From Blasia pusilla (Eukaryota), in contig CM114271.1 in assembly GCA_050084515.1 (NCBI GenBank), positions 12,710,001 through 12,774,000 of the forward strand: 64,000 nt of DNA, read 5' to 3'. A model generated the notes under the pieces. The model was not told the DNA's origin, made no database searches, and saw only the letters and a list, made by a program, of their open reading frames with translations. The position numbers and the translations under genes were made by a program. The number at the start of each line of letters is the position of its first letter. The stretch's first letter is position 1. Positions 48,870 through 61,139 of this stretch are shown one piece after another.

Positions 48870-51800
48870 TTCATGGTCTGACCCAAATGGAGAATTATGT
48901 GAAACTCATATAGCAGCCATCTAGCGGGCCTTCCCAGAGATAATTTGAGCCAAACCTAGTGACATTCATATAATTGTCAAAGAACATTTCCTCTCACTCT
49001 GATTTCTTCTCCATATTGGAACCATTTTTGTATCCAAGGATGTCAAGGTTGATGGGCACGATGATGTTATTGGTGAAATAGTCCAACCGGAGATTGCAGG
49101 CTCCAAAGTTTGGAACCTCTTTCCCTACTCCAATGGAAAATTTAGAGTTTATGGCTTACATCTCATGACCACTTCCACTCATGAAGAGGGTTTAGTGCTC
49201 CATGCTCCACATTGGGCACGGATGCTTCAATCAATCGAGCATCGACTCCAATTTCACAAGCACGGAATGTCGCGGTTGAAGCTGTAGACATCTCGGATGT
49301 CTTCGATCTCACATGATCTTTTGGAAACATGTATGACCCAACATCTACTTACTCTTTCTTGCTTCGAGTTTCAGGGAATTCTTTGCTTTCTTCTCTTCCC
49401 TTGAAACTGTTCAAGCACATTATCGTGGATGAGCTGCCCACAACGTATGATGGAGATTGCATTTTTGAGTTGCCTCCACCTATCGATCCGGATCAGAAGA
49501 AAGATGGAGGCCGCCTGAAGGGTATGGACCAAAAATTGGACTATCATCGATGGTGCAGATTGAGTGCATCGACGAGCGCTTCAATCCTAGGTGGTCCTTG
49601 GATTGTGTCTCGTCGCCAATGCGTTGGAGCATTGGAATGCAAAAGTCCAAGATGCCCCTTCCTCGAGAGGAACGAAGTTGTGAATACTTCCCAATTCCAT
49701 CCCAAAAATGCAAAAACTCCTTACAATGTGGGTACGACCATAGTGCCATACTGCTAGCTGCAGCTGGCCATCGATGTCCGCATTGTCAAGCTTCCACTTT
49801 TTGTGTTAGAGCTTGTCTGGCTTATATTTTTTTCATAGTGCACGACTAAAATTCTACTTCCGAGTATACAAGGTTGGAAATTCATGTTGGGTCTCACACT
49901 CATCCTATCACGGGTGCAATTTAGAGACACATGAAGGAGGATATGGTAAAGAAAGTGGCCGAGATGTATCAAAGCCATGAGTGATCAAATTGACAAAAAC
50001 ATCACAAATTTGTGAACAACTATTGGCTATCCCTGGTAAAGGGGAGATCATGAGAGTTGAGGAGAAACAATTGTGGGAAAATCTTGCATTCTTGGTTGAT
50101 CCCGAAAGCTTCAGGAACTTACTGCATCAAATACAAATACTTGATGGAAAGACCACGGAAATGGATGCCATTTCCAAGATCAAGGCCAACTCACGGTTTC
50201 CATTCATCTAAAGATGGCAGTTCATGGGCCAAGGAGGCGAGGGATCTAGAGCTTATGTCTTCAAAATGTCTACTATAGGCCCGTCTAGCGGCTTGGATCT
50301 TATTGATAGAATGAGGGAGGGAGAGGATGTATTTGGGAGCTGGGTTAGCTTTGATATTTCCTACAGGGTGTTAAATGCATGGTTGACCATGGATGCACAT
50401 GTTTACAACCATGTGGAGAAGGGTCTCAAAATCATTTGTCTGTGAGGTGAAAGCGAAAGATGTTGGCAGCTTGAAGATGTGTTGGTTCCTCTTACTAAAG
50501 GTGGTGAAGGAAAACAAAAGACCTCCTCCTGAAATATATGGCTTCATGGTGGAAAATGCCCAACCGGGATGGATTTTGATTAGGGAAGTATTTTGGTGGG
50601 GGGGGGGAGGGGGGGCCAATTCAACCGGAAAGGGAAAGATTGGATGCTTTCCATGGGCAACAGTCCGTGACTTGCTACACAAAATCCTACATCAAGGAGA
50701 CTAAGTGAACAGAGCATATAGCTCTACTTCAACGTTGCAAGGATAGCAAAACCTTGAAACAAGCTATGGAGTGCCAAGAAGAGCTTCATGTGTGGTGGAG
50801 AAAGCATGTGATTGAGGGGAAATACAAAGAGTTGTGTTCGTGGCTGAGTTGGTGGACCGTCCGTATGAGGCAATGCAAAAACTTTATGCGCCAAGTGAGT
50901 TTTCTCCATTTTTGCAAAGTATGTGGTTGCAATTGTACAGGTTGCAAATGAGGTAGGTAAAGCAACCCGTAGAAATCGACAGGTTGCAATTATTTTCAAA
51001 AAATATTTCATAAGAAACTCGGTGGAATCCAACGGGTTGCGGATGTTTTTAATGAAAAAAAATCATTTTGCAACCTGTCAGAATCCCACGGATTGCAAGT
51101 TGAAAGATACTTTCATGCGAAAAAAAATCAACATGCAATCGGTCAGAATCCGACGGGTTGCAAGTTACTTTCTTGTGAAGAAAGTTCATCTTTCAACTCA
51201 TTGAATTCCGACGGGTTGCATGATGAATATTTTTCGCATGAAACTATCTTTCAACTTGTCAAAATCCGACGGGTTGCAAGATGAGCTTTTTTTGCTTGAA
51301 AGTATCTTTCAACCCGTCAGAATCCGGCGGGTTGCAAATTACTTTCTTCCGAAGAAATTTCATCATGCAGCCCGTAGAAATCTGACGGGTTGAAAGATAG
51401 TTTCTTGTGAAAAATGTTTATCATACAACCCGTCAGAAGTCGACGGGTTGCAAGCGTTCAAGCATTCAATTGATATGTTTTTGTATGTAGGGACTTAACA
51501 TTCACGAAAATTCCCTCTATCCCAACACAAGTGGAGCCGAGAATGTCCATTCCTCTTGAAGGTCATCACAAACATTTCAAAAAATATCTCTTCTTGAGGC
51601 ATGCCAACAAGACGAGGCAAGAGCGATGCTACAATCTACAACCTCCCACATCTTCCTTACAAAGGGCGTAACCAAGGGAACATGCCCTTCGATTTATGAG
51701 CTCTATGTTAGAGCCGCTACTAGATTTGGGATAAGACATTGTATGTGGAAGCTTTCAATCAGTGCGTAGCCGGAACTTCTCTTGAGAAATACATCCACAT

Positions 51801-52011
51801 TGGTGGGGACATTCACGGGCGTGTTTTGAGACGTCCCATACAGATGGTAGTAGAGCAGTCTGAACGAGACTCTTGGAGACCTCATAAGTATATTGACTTT
51901 AGGCAAGTCAAGCGTCAACATCGAGGAAAGAATCCGGTGATTGATTTGGAAGAAGAAATTACCTTGCCCAGGTATTCAGAAACCTTGGACACTGACCCAA
52001 TCTTTGAGAGG
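48870..52011 (+). pseudogene. Mutator(MULE)-like DDE transposase with N-terminal GCM-like zinc domain, copy 1
   Basis: RRQCVGALECKSPRCP...RCPHCQ...ACLAYIFF...HVGSHTHP (~49610-49906); WVSFDISYR (D1); GFMVENA (D2 position); DAFH; intron 50895-51490 (GT..AG); PNTSGAENVHSS (E motif, ~51521-51556). Confidence 0.7.
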
Positions 52012-52069
52012 GTAAGAAGAATTTGGGTTATATGAAAGCTCATTATGTAATACATTGGCAAAACACAGC

Positions 52070-52495
52070 CGCTTATTGACTTTGTCCCCATTGTGGCAGG
52101 TTGTTAAGCAGATGGTACTGATGGAGGGCCAAAAGTCCCCAAGAATTCCACTATGTCGACTGCAGAAAATGGAGTACATCTGCAAAATTCAGTCGGAGGA
52201 AGACATTGCAAAGCTGAAACAGTCGGCAGCGACGGCATCCTACGTTGACAGCTTCCCTCCGTTCTATGTTCAGCCTTATGATGAACATGGAACCCAAGCT
52301 CAGGTGACGGAAAAGGACTTGGAGACGTTTGATATATTTTGGAGGATGAGAGACCAGGAGTTCAGAAGAGCAATTGAAGGAACCCAATTTAGCTGGATGC
52401 GGAACCTCTACTTCTTCATCTGGGATAGGAACCACAAGTACATGGCGTGGACGCAGTTTGCAGAGGAGCGCCCAAAATCATTGGAGGCGCATTTT
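52070..52495 (+). pseudogene. Second copy of the ParB-like exon
   Basis: PRIPLCRLQKMEYICKIQSEEDIAKLKQS...SYVDSFPPFYVQPYDEHGTQA...FFIWDRNHKYMAW; clearly homologous to 45347-45750 (-). Confidence 0.75.
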
Positions 52496-55400
52496 CTTCA
52501 TACTTACATGAGAAGAAAATATCAATGTAACTACCACAAACCTCCAAGTAAAGTTGGATCCCGAGGCTTCTATCATGACGAACATCCATTCTCTTAAATA
52601 TATCCTGCAAACTAGCTTGCACTCTCTTTGAAGCAATTCGTCGAGGCCCAGCCCAATTTTGCGTGTCAGTCCTATTCACATCATCCCACTTTTAAGCCAT
52701 GCTGATGAATTTTGTAGTGGTTATAGAAATTTGTCACATATGACAAAGATGCGTGTTGATCTCCAAAGACACAAGTAGCTGAGCATCTATCCAATGGATT
52801 AATTGCTTTTTTCCCATTGTGAGGTGCATCCTGGTCTCCAAAGCCATACAAATCACCATTAGGAAGAATAGAGACAGAATACTGCCATCCTTCCCACCCC
52901 ACACTATACCTAGGTGTAGTAGAGTTAACACCCCTAAAATCCTCCATCATTAGTTTTCTACGACGAGCATCCTCGTCACTGGCATGTCCTAATAAAGGCC
53001 CGACATCACCTGAACAATACTCATCCCACACTACTTTCAGTTGCACCTAATGTTGTCTCACCCACTCTGCAATAAACTTGTTACACGTGGCAATAATACA
53101 GATGGCCAATTTAGGCATAGACTCAGGAAGAGGATTTACAATGATAAATATAGCATACATGCCTTTACTGTAATCCTAGAAAGTACTTACAATCTTATGG
53201 TAGCCCTCATCACCCTCCCCGACCAATACTTCCATTCCATATGAACATTGGTGTGCCTCTTTCGGCCCACAAAACCCAATCAGGATATCATACTTGGCCT
53301 CCCATCTGTCAGACATGACTCTGTAATATTAGGTTATATTCACAAGCATAAAATTATTCAGTGGCTTATAATTTGTTGTATTGAATCTCAAAACACTCAC
53401 CTAGGCCTCTCCTTAATCCTTGTTTCATCCTTTGCAAATATTACATGGACATCTCCTTCAATTCCAAGAGTTTGCTTTGATGCAGATAAAATTCTGCCAA
53501 CCTCCATGAATATCTCTTTGCTTAATCCAACTCTGAAAGGTGGTAACTTGGCTCTGTCTCGCTTCAATTTTTTTAGACTTGGACCATCTAAGTTCTACTG
53601 AAAGCAGTGGGCCACTTTCCTGCCACCTTATTGTAGCATTGCTTCGGCTATGGCTCTAGTTCTTTTACCGTACCTAAAACCCTTGGCAGCCCTAGTTAGA
53701 TTTCTAGCAACATCTGTCATGAAATCCCATAACCCTTCTTTGCCACCAAATGCTCCAGTCCTATGCCCATTCATTATATTCCTTAGGAAGAATCTGAGAT
53801 CCTCCCTATCTGTAGCTACTCCTAATAATTCCTCTAATTTCCTCCGCCTAGTACTCAAGGCAGGTACTTTGGCAGCATACTCAGATAGGAGCCATTGTTG
53901 CTTTCTGAATTTGGAAGTCACATTTGCAACGTGCTTTCTGTGCCCTGTCTTGGTGAAACAATCCAACCGTATCCCCCCACAGGTATCTCTGGCTCCTCTT
54001 GGCACTACAACTTATGCTTCTCTGTGCACCTGACCACGGAAATCATCCAATCGCCTTATTGACTCACATTCACTACACGTTAGGTTCATAAACCCGCCAC
54101 CATTGTAAGACAACCTTTCACATTGCTTGTGTCTAAAACAACCTTGAATGGTCACTAGAGACTCTAGAGTAGGATTTTACACATGTGCACAACAGGTTAA
54201 CTTGCAATCCCATAAGGCCAATCCCTCTTGATCATCAAGAACAGCGTTGACATCCATTCGATCTCCTCTCCACTTCACCATTTCATCCCACAATCCCCAA
54301 CAAAGCAAACATAGTCTTAGATCTATTGTTGGATCTGACCCACCTTTCCCAGATTGGCTGCCAACGTTGGACTTATCTCTTGTGAAGAACTTCAGGATTG
54401 ATCCCTATGATGGGCGTTGATCCCTGGTATTTGCTTTCCTTGATCTGCCTCTCTTCCCAGACCTCAATGAAATCTCCACAGAAGCCTCCTTGACCTCAGA
54501 GGCATCCAAGTGATCCGGACTAACCATGTGTTGCCTCAAATTATGATCCAAATTCATTTTTTATGGGCACATGTCTATATGCAACTTTCCACACACCCTA
54601 CACCTCACCTTAAACATGTATGACATATTGGCACTATGAGGATCCGTGGGAGATGGTGTCACAAAGAACACCTCCCTATCATCCCCAACATCATCATTCA
54701 GCTGGAAGACAATCTCTAGTCCTCTAGAAATGGCCTCACCTGATGATGGAACAGATGTCAGAGGACATCTAGAGTGTTTGGAGTGTAGAGTGAAATTTAG
54801 GTCTGTGAACAACGTCACTAGGTTGCAACAATGATGTAGGCAATTTTCTTCTCTTAGAAAAGCTATCCTCATGTTTTGGGTTAACTAGATGTTTTTTCCT
54901 AAAATTTCTAAAGCAATTTGCAATAGCTTTCATATTTTGGGAATTTTCTGCATTCCCATAGTTCACTCTACACTCCAAACACTCTAGATGTCCTCTGACA
55001 TCTGTTCCATCATCCCATGTCCTCACCCTCCAATTGTGATCCTTGTATCCATTCTTCTCAACCCACTTCCCTAATCTCATGAACTCATCATTCCAGCATT
55101 TTGCAGCAGGATCTGCCATCAACACTGACTCAAACGAGGCCCGGACGAACCCTTGGTTTGTGATATCAATTGAACCCACCGGATGTGCCTCAATTTCACT
55201 ATGGTTCTCAAACACTAGAGCTAAACCTATTACAATCTTGGCTATAATAGACAAGGTGGCTGCACAAGACTGGGAGGACACTTGGATTGTCCTCCCACAA
55301 GGGCCTATAGGTAATTTTTGAATGACACCTACTATACCATCCAATTCCATCAGCAGAATGACCTTCTCTGCATTCCGGTGCGTTCTACCAGGGAGCCCAA

Positions 55401-55563
55401 AGTCCCAGAAATCAAAATCAAATTCCACAATTGCAGAATATTTCAAGCGCAGGTCTGCTAGTGTATGCCCATCTAAGTAACCTAAAACACAAATAGGCTC
55501 ATCATTCTCTCCATCACCCCTCTTTTCAACCAATCTGATACTAGCTCTACTACAAGTCAACAT
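52496..55563 (-). pseudogene. P-element/THAP9-like DDE transposase remnant with N-terminal zinc-finger-like repeats
   Basis: VIFAKDETRIK (~53413-53445), LIGFCG, VNPL...PKL.....TCNKF, GHASDEDARRRKLM, DQDAPHNGKKAINPL (DxxH motif), QNWAGPRR. Upstream CxxC..H..H units (CLEC..KKHLVNPKH; CRVC..RQHMVSPDH). 3' end missing. Confidence 0.6.
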
Positions 55564-56826
55564 TGGAAACTATGGGGATATACACATGAACATGTTACAC
55601 AAACCACAACAGAGAATACAACACCACAAATCACATCCAAAGCAATTCTAGAATTAAATGCTACATTGCGTTCAATCTCACTTATGAGGGTAGTCGTGCT
55701 CATCCATTTTCTCATCACGTGGCAATGGTGGAAATGGCAATGCATGCGGTGAATACGCAAGTTTCCTCATCCTTATGTTTGATTGCTTCAACCCGTCGCA
55801 GTCCGAGGGGTTGCATAATTGGAAAGCTTGAAGATGGGCAGGAATGATTTGAATCTCTTGCCCCCATCCTCTTTGAGGTTAAGGTCATAGTCAAGCAAAC
55901 CGTCGTAGTCCGACGGGTTGCTTGGTGGCCAAGCACACCACATTAATCCGGGATACGGAAACCAATCGAACATCGACGAGTTGAAAAATGACTGCATGAT
56001 TTATTTGTTCTGCAATCCGCCGCACTCTGACGAGTTGCACAATGAGGGGTAAGAAATCATTGGACGCCTTAAAGTAACTCATTTGAGTCTGAAGAGTTGT
56101 TGGAATGTCCCCTATTTTTTGGATACTTTTGGCCAAAAGAAACCCATCGGAATCGCATTTCCCCGCTCGGTCAAGTGGTCAGAGTCCAACAGCTTACTCT
56201 TAGGCTTCCAATTCCATATTTATAGGGCCATTCCGCAACCCGTCGGCCTCCAACGGATTGATATGGGCAGTTTTTATCCGGAAACCTGTCTCGGAATGCA
56301 TTCTACAACCCGTCGGACTCCGACGGGTTGGAACCAAGGAATAGGAGTCATTCTCTTGTTGCACGAGAGAGTCAGGAACAGAGAGTGCAACCTTTCGGGA
56401 TCTGATGGGTTGCAACACTCATGTGAGATTTCAAGGATGCCCAATCCATTGGAGTTCAACGGGTTGCAACAATCGCTTTCACTTGCAGTCTCTTTGACAA
56501 AAAATGTATTATCTGCAACCCTCGGACTCCAACGGGTTGCAACACTTATCTATGTGTAACATTTTGGACCCCGATGGGTTGATAGAATTGCGACCCGTCG
56601 GACTCTCACGGGCTGCAAAAAATATATTTTTCATCGAAGAGACTCTAAGTCAAAGCGATTATCGCAACCCGTCGGACTCCGACAGATTGGGCATCCTTGA
56701 AATCTCCCGAGAGTGTTGCAACCCATCGGAGTCGGACGGGTTGCACTCTCTATTCATGACTCTCTGGTGCAACTAGACGGAAACCGATAGGTTGTAGTAT
56801 TCTTACCTTGTGTTTGGATTTGCAAG

Positions 56827-58190
56827 ATTGTATTTGAGGGGAACGTCATCCACCACTGGATCCAGAATTGCGACAGGGTCAAGAAGGTGGTTACGACACA
56901 CGCGGCAGAGAACAAGGGATTCCTGGGTGACAATCTCGTCGATGAGATGCTAGCAAAAGGAGCTCAAGTAAAGAATAAGACATGGGCAAATACCTTCATT
57001 TCCCAAGATGCAGCCGTCACAATCCTTATTGGTCCAAGATCCAGGCCGCCAAGAAGAGTGCTATGTTGGAACAGGAGGGAAGGGAGAACGTGTCCGCATT
57101 GGAACGGGAAAAAAATATTCAGGTTGCCGTATCTGTATAGACAAAGTACAATGAAAGCAAGATGCAGCGTCACATTGCAATTCTCAACCTCGAACTTGGC
57201 TCAGATTTTTACAAGGAGCTAAAGGCGATAATCAAGCGCCAACGGAAGAGAGACAAAAGACCCACAGGGTTGGATCGGAGAGAAAGTGTCTCTCGACCGC
57301 GTGCACACGTTTACACTGTCTGGCATATGCAAGTTTAGGCGAATCCGACTGATGAAAATCAATCTCGAGGGCACTTAGGCATAGAAGGAGGCTACACACC
57401 ACCCTCCGGGAGTTTCAGTTCTAGTGATCTCCCATTGGATATGAGAATGGTCATTATGGGACGCATTGCGCCTTCTCGGGGAATCCATGATCGTGGGTCT
57501 ACAAGTGGAGCTGAAGAAGATTGAGCCAGTTCCAGAGGAAGAAAACCTAGAGGCTATAGAAGATTTTGAATTCTACCTTGATGACATCAGAGATAAGCAG
57601 ACGAAAAACCCAGGATTTCGGATGATGTTCAAGAATCACATCCTCCTTCAGGCATATTTGGATGAGGAAATAGACGTGGAAAAAATGGGACTTTGCAAAG
57701 AAGATGCGAGCTCTTCAAGAGCAGGCGGCCGAGTCATCTGGACAAAGTGATGCCTTGCGGATGGTGTACAGATAGATCATCAATTGTGTGAATGCAAGTA
57801 CCTGGCCCAAATTTCTGGCAACGTGCAAATTGTGGGCTTCTCCGCCTGATGGAGAGGGATTCTCCATGTACGACATGGAGATGGGAGAGGGCATGTCCAA
57901 CTAGGAGGTAATAAATTGTCCAATCTGGTTGGACTTCAACAACCCAAAGGATATTACAGACAAAAATCAACGGGTGGTCTATGATGTAGTGGTCGTTGGT
58001 AGGGACGACATTCCAAACTTCGAGGCTTTACGAGGTTCACCTACGGAGGAGCAAGCCCTCAAGACAACGGAGTTGGTGGCAAAGTTCGTCACCGCCAAAG
58101 ACAAATCCACAGCGGGTTTGAAAGCCAAAGCAAGGGGATCGAGGAATTCCGAGGCCGAGTCTTCAAGAAAAGAGGCTGAATCTTCAACTT
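56827..58190 (+). pseudogene. Continuation (middle region) of the second ParB-like gene copy
   Basis: Homologous to 44050-44745 (-): FYKELK.IIKRQ, WSLWDALRLLGESMI vs WSFSDALRLLGKSMI, VTAKDKSTAGLKAK in both. Confidence 0.75.
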
Positions 58191-59569
58191 TTTATGAATT
58201 GTTTTACGTTCTTGTCGATTGTGTTGGTCTATCTACTCGATGCTGTTTATTTTGCAAATCGTCGGATTCCGACGGGTTGCGAACCATGGAACCAAGGACT
58301 GTTGGATTACGATCTGGTCGCAAATTGGGGCTATGGTTTGCAACCATAAAAATGAGGGACCAATGAGCAAGTTTGGAATTTCTCAGATTCCAACAAGTTG
58401 CAATTCCTGGACAAGGTTTGCAACCCATCGAAAATCAACGGCTTGCAAATCAAGAACTAAGTTTACGACATGTGGAATTCTGAGAAGTTGCAAACTGATG
58501 ATTGCTTGCTATTACAACCCTGTGGTTTCCGATGGGTTTTTTTTCTGCAAATAGCGAGCCGAGTTGAAATTTTTTCTTTTCTTGGGCATGTCTGTAATGT
58601 TTTCCTCATTGATTTGAATGATCTGTGTTTTTTTTCTGTAAACCCGTCACACGTCGATAGGTTGGAAGCCTAAAACGGAACTTGGATGAGTACAGATGTA
58701 TGCACAAATTATTGTGTCTTTTTTTAAACCCCATTCAGGCAACTTGTCGGATTCTGACAGTTTGGCTGCTTGAGTGGTCCCTCTCTTTTCCTGTTAGTCC
58801 AACTTTTCAGGCATTCTAGCAGGCTTCTTCACTTTCACCTCGTTCCCCCATAATGGTCACACCATTTTTCTCTACCATATTATTTCAGAGATGTGTTGGA
58901 TTCCTACTACCTATCGAATTCCGACAGGTTGCATGACTTAGGTAGATGCCCTTATGATCGTTTCATTTTTTGGGTTTTCTATTCTTCATTTGGCTCTTCT
59001 GCATCTTCCACTTTTGACGTCCTCCTGTACATTCCTAAAATCTGCTACAATACTAGCCTAGCTCTTCCATGCATGCCTACTCTAAGGTGACTCTAGGAAC
59101 ATCTTCCTCATTTTGATGCCACGTCTTGCAACAAGTCCGATTCAGAGAGGTTGTACAGGTTCAAACTTGTCAGAGGAAACCCCTGGTAAGAACTTTTTTT
59201 TTCTTTATCTTGCAACCCGTCGGATTCCGATGGGTTGGAAGATAAATAAATAAAAAGACAGTGAAGGCAAGCTGTGGGATTTTGACAGGTTGCAAGCGGT
59301 TCGTTTGCACCATGGACTTATCATATCTTCCAACCTGTTGGATTCTCATGGGTTGTAGGGAGAAATGGAATCACTTGTCAAGATCCTTCTTCAAATCAAT
59401 GTGAATTTTCCAAAACTTTGGAAGATGGCATGCAAGTTGGGAAGAATTCTATTATTGTTTGCTCTTGCTCCCCTATTTTCTTCAAAGCATACTTCTGGAA
59501 TATCTTTTTTTTTTAGAGGTTCCAAGCTTAGTACTGTAATTCCCTTGCAAAAATGAAATCTTAACACTG

Positions 59570-60121
59570 TCACTTTTCAGAATTTAAGTAAATAAGGTCG
59601 GTCAACTCGAATTTCGGCGCTTCTTCAGAGATGTCCACCATCTCTATACTTGCTGTCTTCATGACCTCATCGTCGGTCACTTGAACTTCGGCCATTTCCT
59701 CAATCGAATTTAGATTCATGGTATCCCCAGATCTCATCGGAGACATTTCTTGCATCTCAACACGGCCTGTTGGACAGGCACGGCTTTCTTCAATGGCGAT
59801 TGCTTTTTCTCTTCAAGCTTTCGCCAATTCTTCTCTTCTGATGGAGGCAGCAAGACGCTTCTTCTCGCGTTTCTCATCCGCAACTCTTTTCTTCAAGGCC
59901 TTTGATGCCTCATCCTTGGCGTTTTGCTTTGCAAGCTCCTCTTGAGCAAGTTTTTCCAGAACCTCATGTTTGTGCATATCTGCTTCCCTTTCATGCTCCT
60001 CTATTTCTTGTTGCCTTATTGCATTCGCCGAGCGAGGACCAGGAGATGGAGACGCAGGAGTCGTGATGGACTTGGGAGTGAAGCTCCCTACCTTCATTGC
60101 TTGTGTTTTCTTCCTCGTCAT
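59570..60121 (-). pseudogene. N-terminal K/E-rich exon of a third copy of the ParB-like gene (truncated)
   Basis: ELAKA*REKAIAIEE...PVEMQEMSPMRSG is homologous to ELAKAREEKAVAVEEE...VEIEDVSSMRSSG at 45869-46345. Confidence 0.65.
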
Positions 60122-61139
60122 GGTGCATGTTGGGTTAGTTCTTCCTCCTCGACAGTGTTATCTGCTCCTGTGCACAACAGATCCCTCGAAGCTTTGATGG
60201 AGTGCCTAAAACTAACTCTCCAAGCATTGTGCGGTGAAGCATCGTCACCTTCAAGCGGAGGGGCTTACGGAAATGGAACCCTCAAAGCATCGCGTGCGGG
60301 ATCGTCGTTACCTTCCAACAAAGGGGTCAATGTAACCAACTTGGCCAGCGGAGAAGGTAACCACAACTCCTAGGAGGAAGACCACCTGAGCGAAAAAGGG
60401 AAATGAGCGAAATCTCAACCTTTTATACTTTTTGAGCCGTTGAGCTGACCATTGGGTTGTTGGAACCGTTGTACCGATGGCGACGTTGCCCATTATGGAA
60501 CTTTGCACGTGGGAAATGTGCAACCCGTCGGAGACCAATGGGTTGCACACTTCCCTCGTCACATGTGCAACCCGTCGGAGACCAATGGTTTGCACCTTTT
60601 CCTCATCTTGGGGTAACAAGGCGAGGTACCCGGGAAAACCAAGGCATAGTCTTCGAATAACTCGTCTGTCCCTCACAGTTTGCACGGTTCACTACACAAG
60701 GGAAATCGACGCAAGATCCACCCGCAACTCGGTTACCTCCAAAAGGGAAAGTGAGGTGAGGTACCTTTTCAACCCGTCGCAGTCCTACGGGTTGCCGTAG
60801 GAAATCCATGCGAGGTCCCATGGATCCCGACTCCAACGAAATCACACAGGTTAGACAAGCAAGGGTACTGACTGACAACCGCCTTCAACCCCATGGAATC
60901 GGAAGGGTTGCAAGTTGCACTCGGACTCTAACAGAAGATGGTACTCCATGGCTTTGCAATCCATGTGTCCGTTTCCCAGAATTTGCAACCTGTCGGACTT
61001 TGACAAGTTACAACATGATTGAATCCATTGCGTCAGACAATCTTACCTACCAAACAACATCTTGTCAATAGGTACTACTAAACATTCACATTCTCATTCC
61101 CATTATTATTCTTATTCTCATTCTCCACCAGGTGGAATC

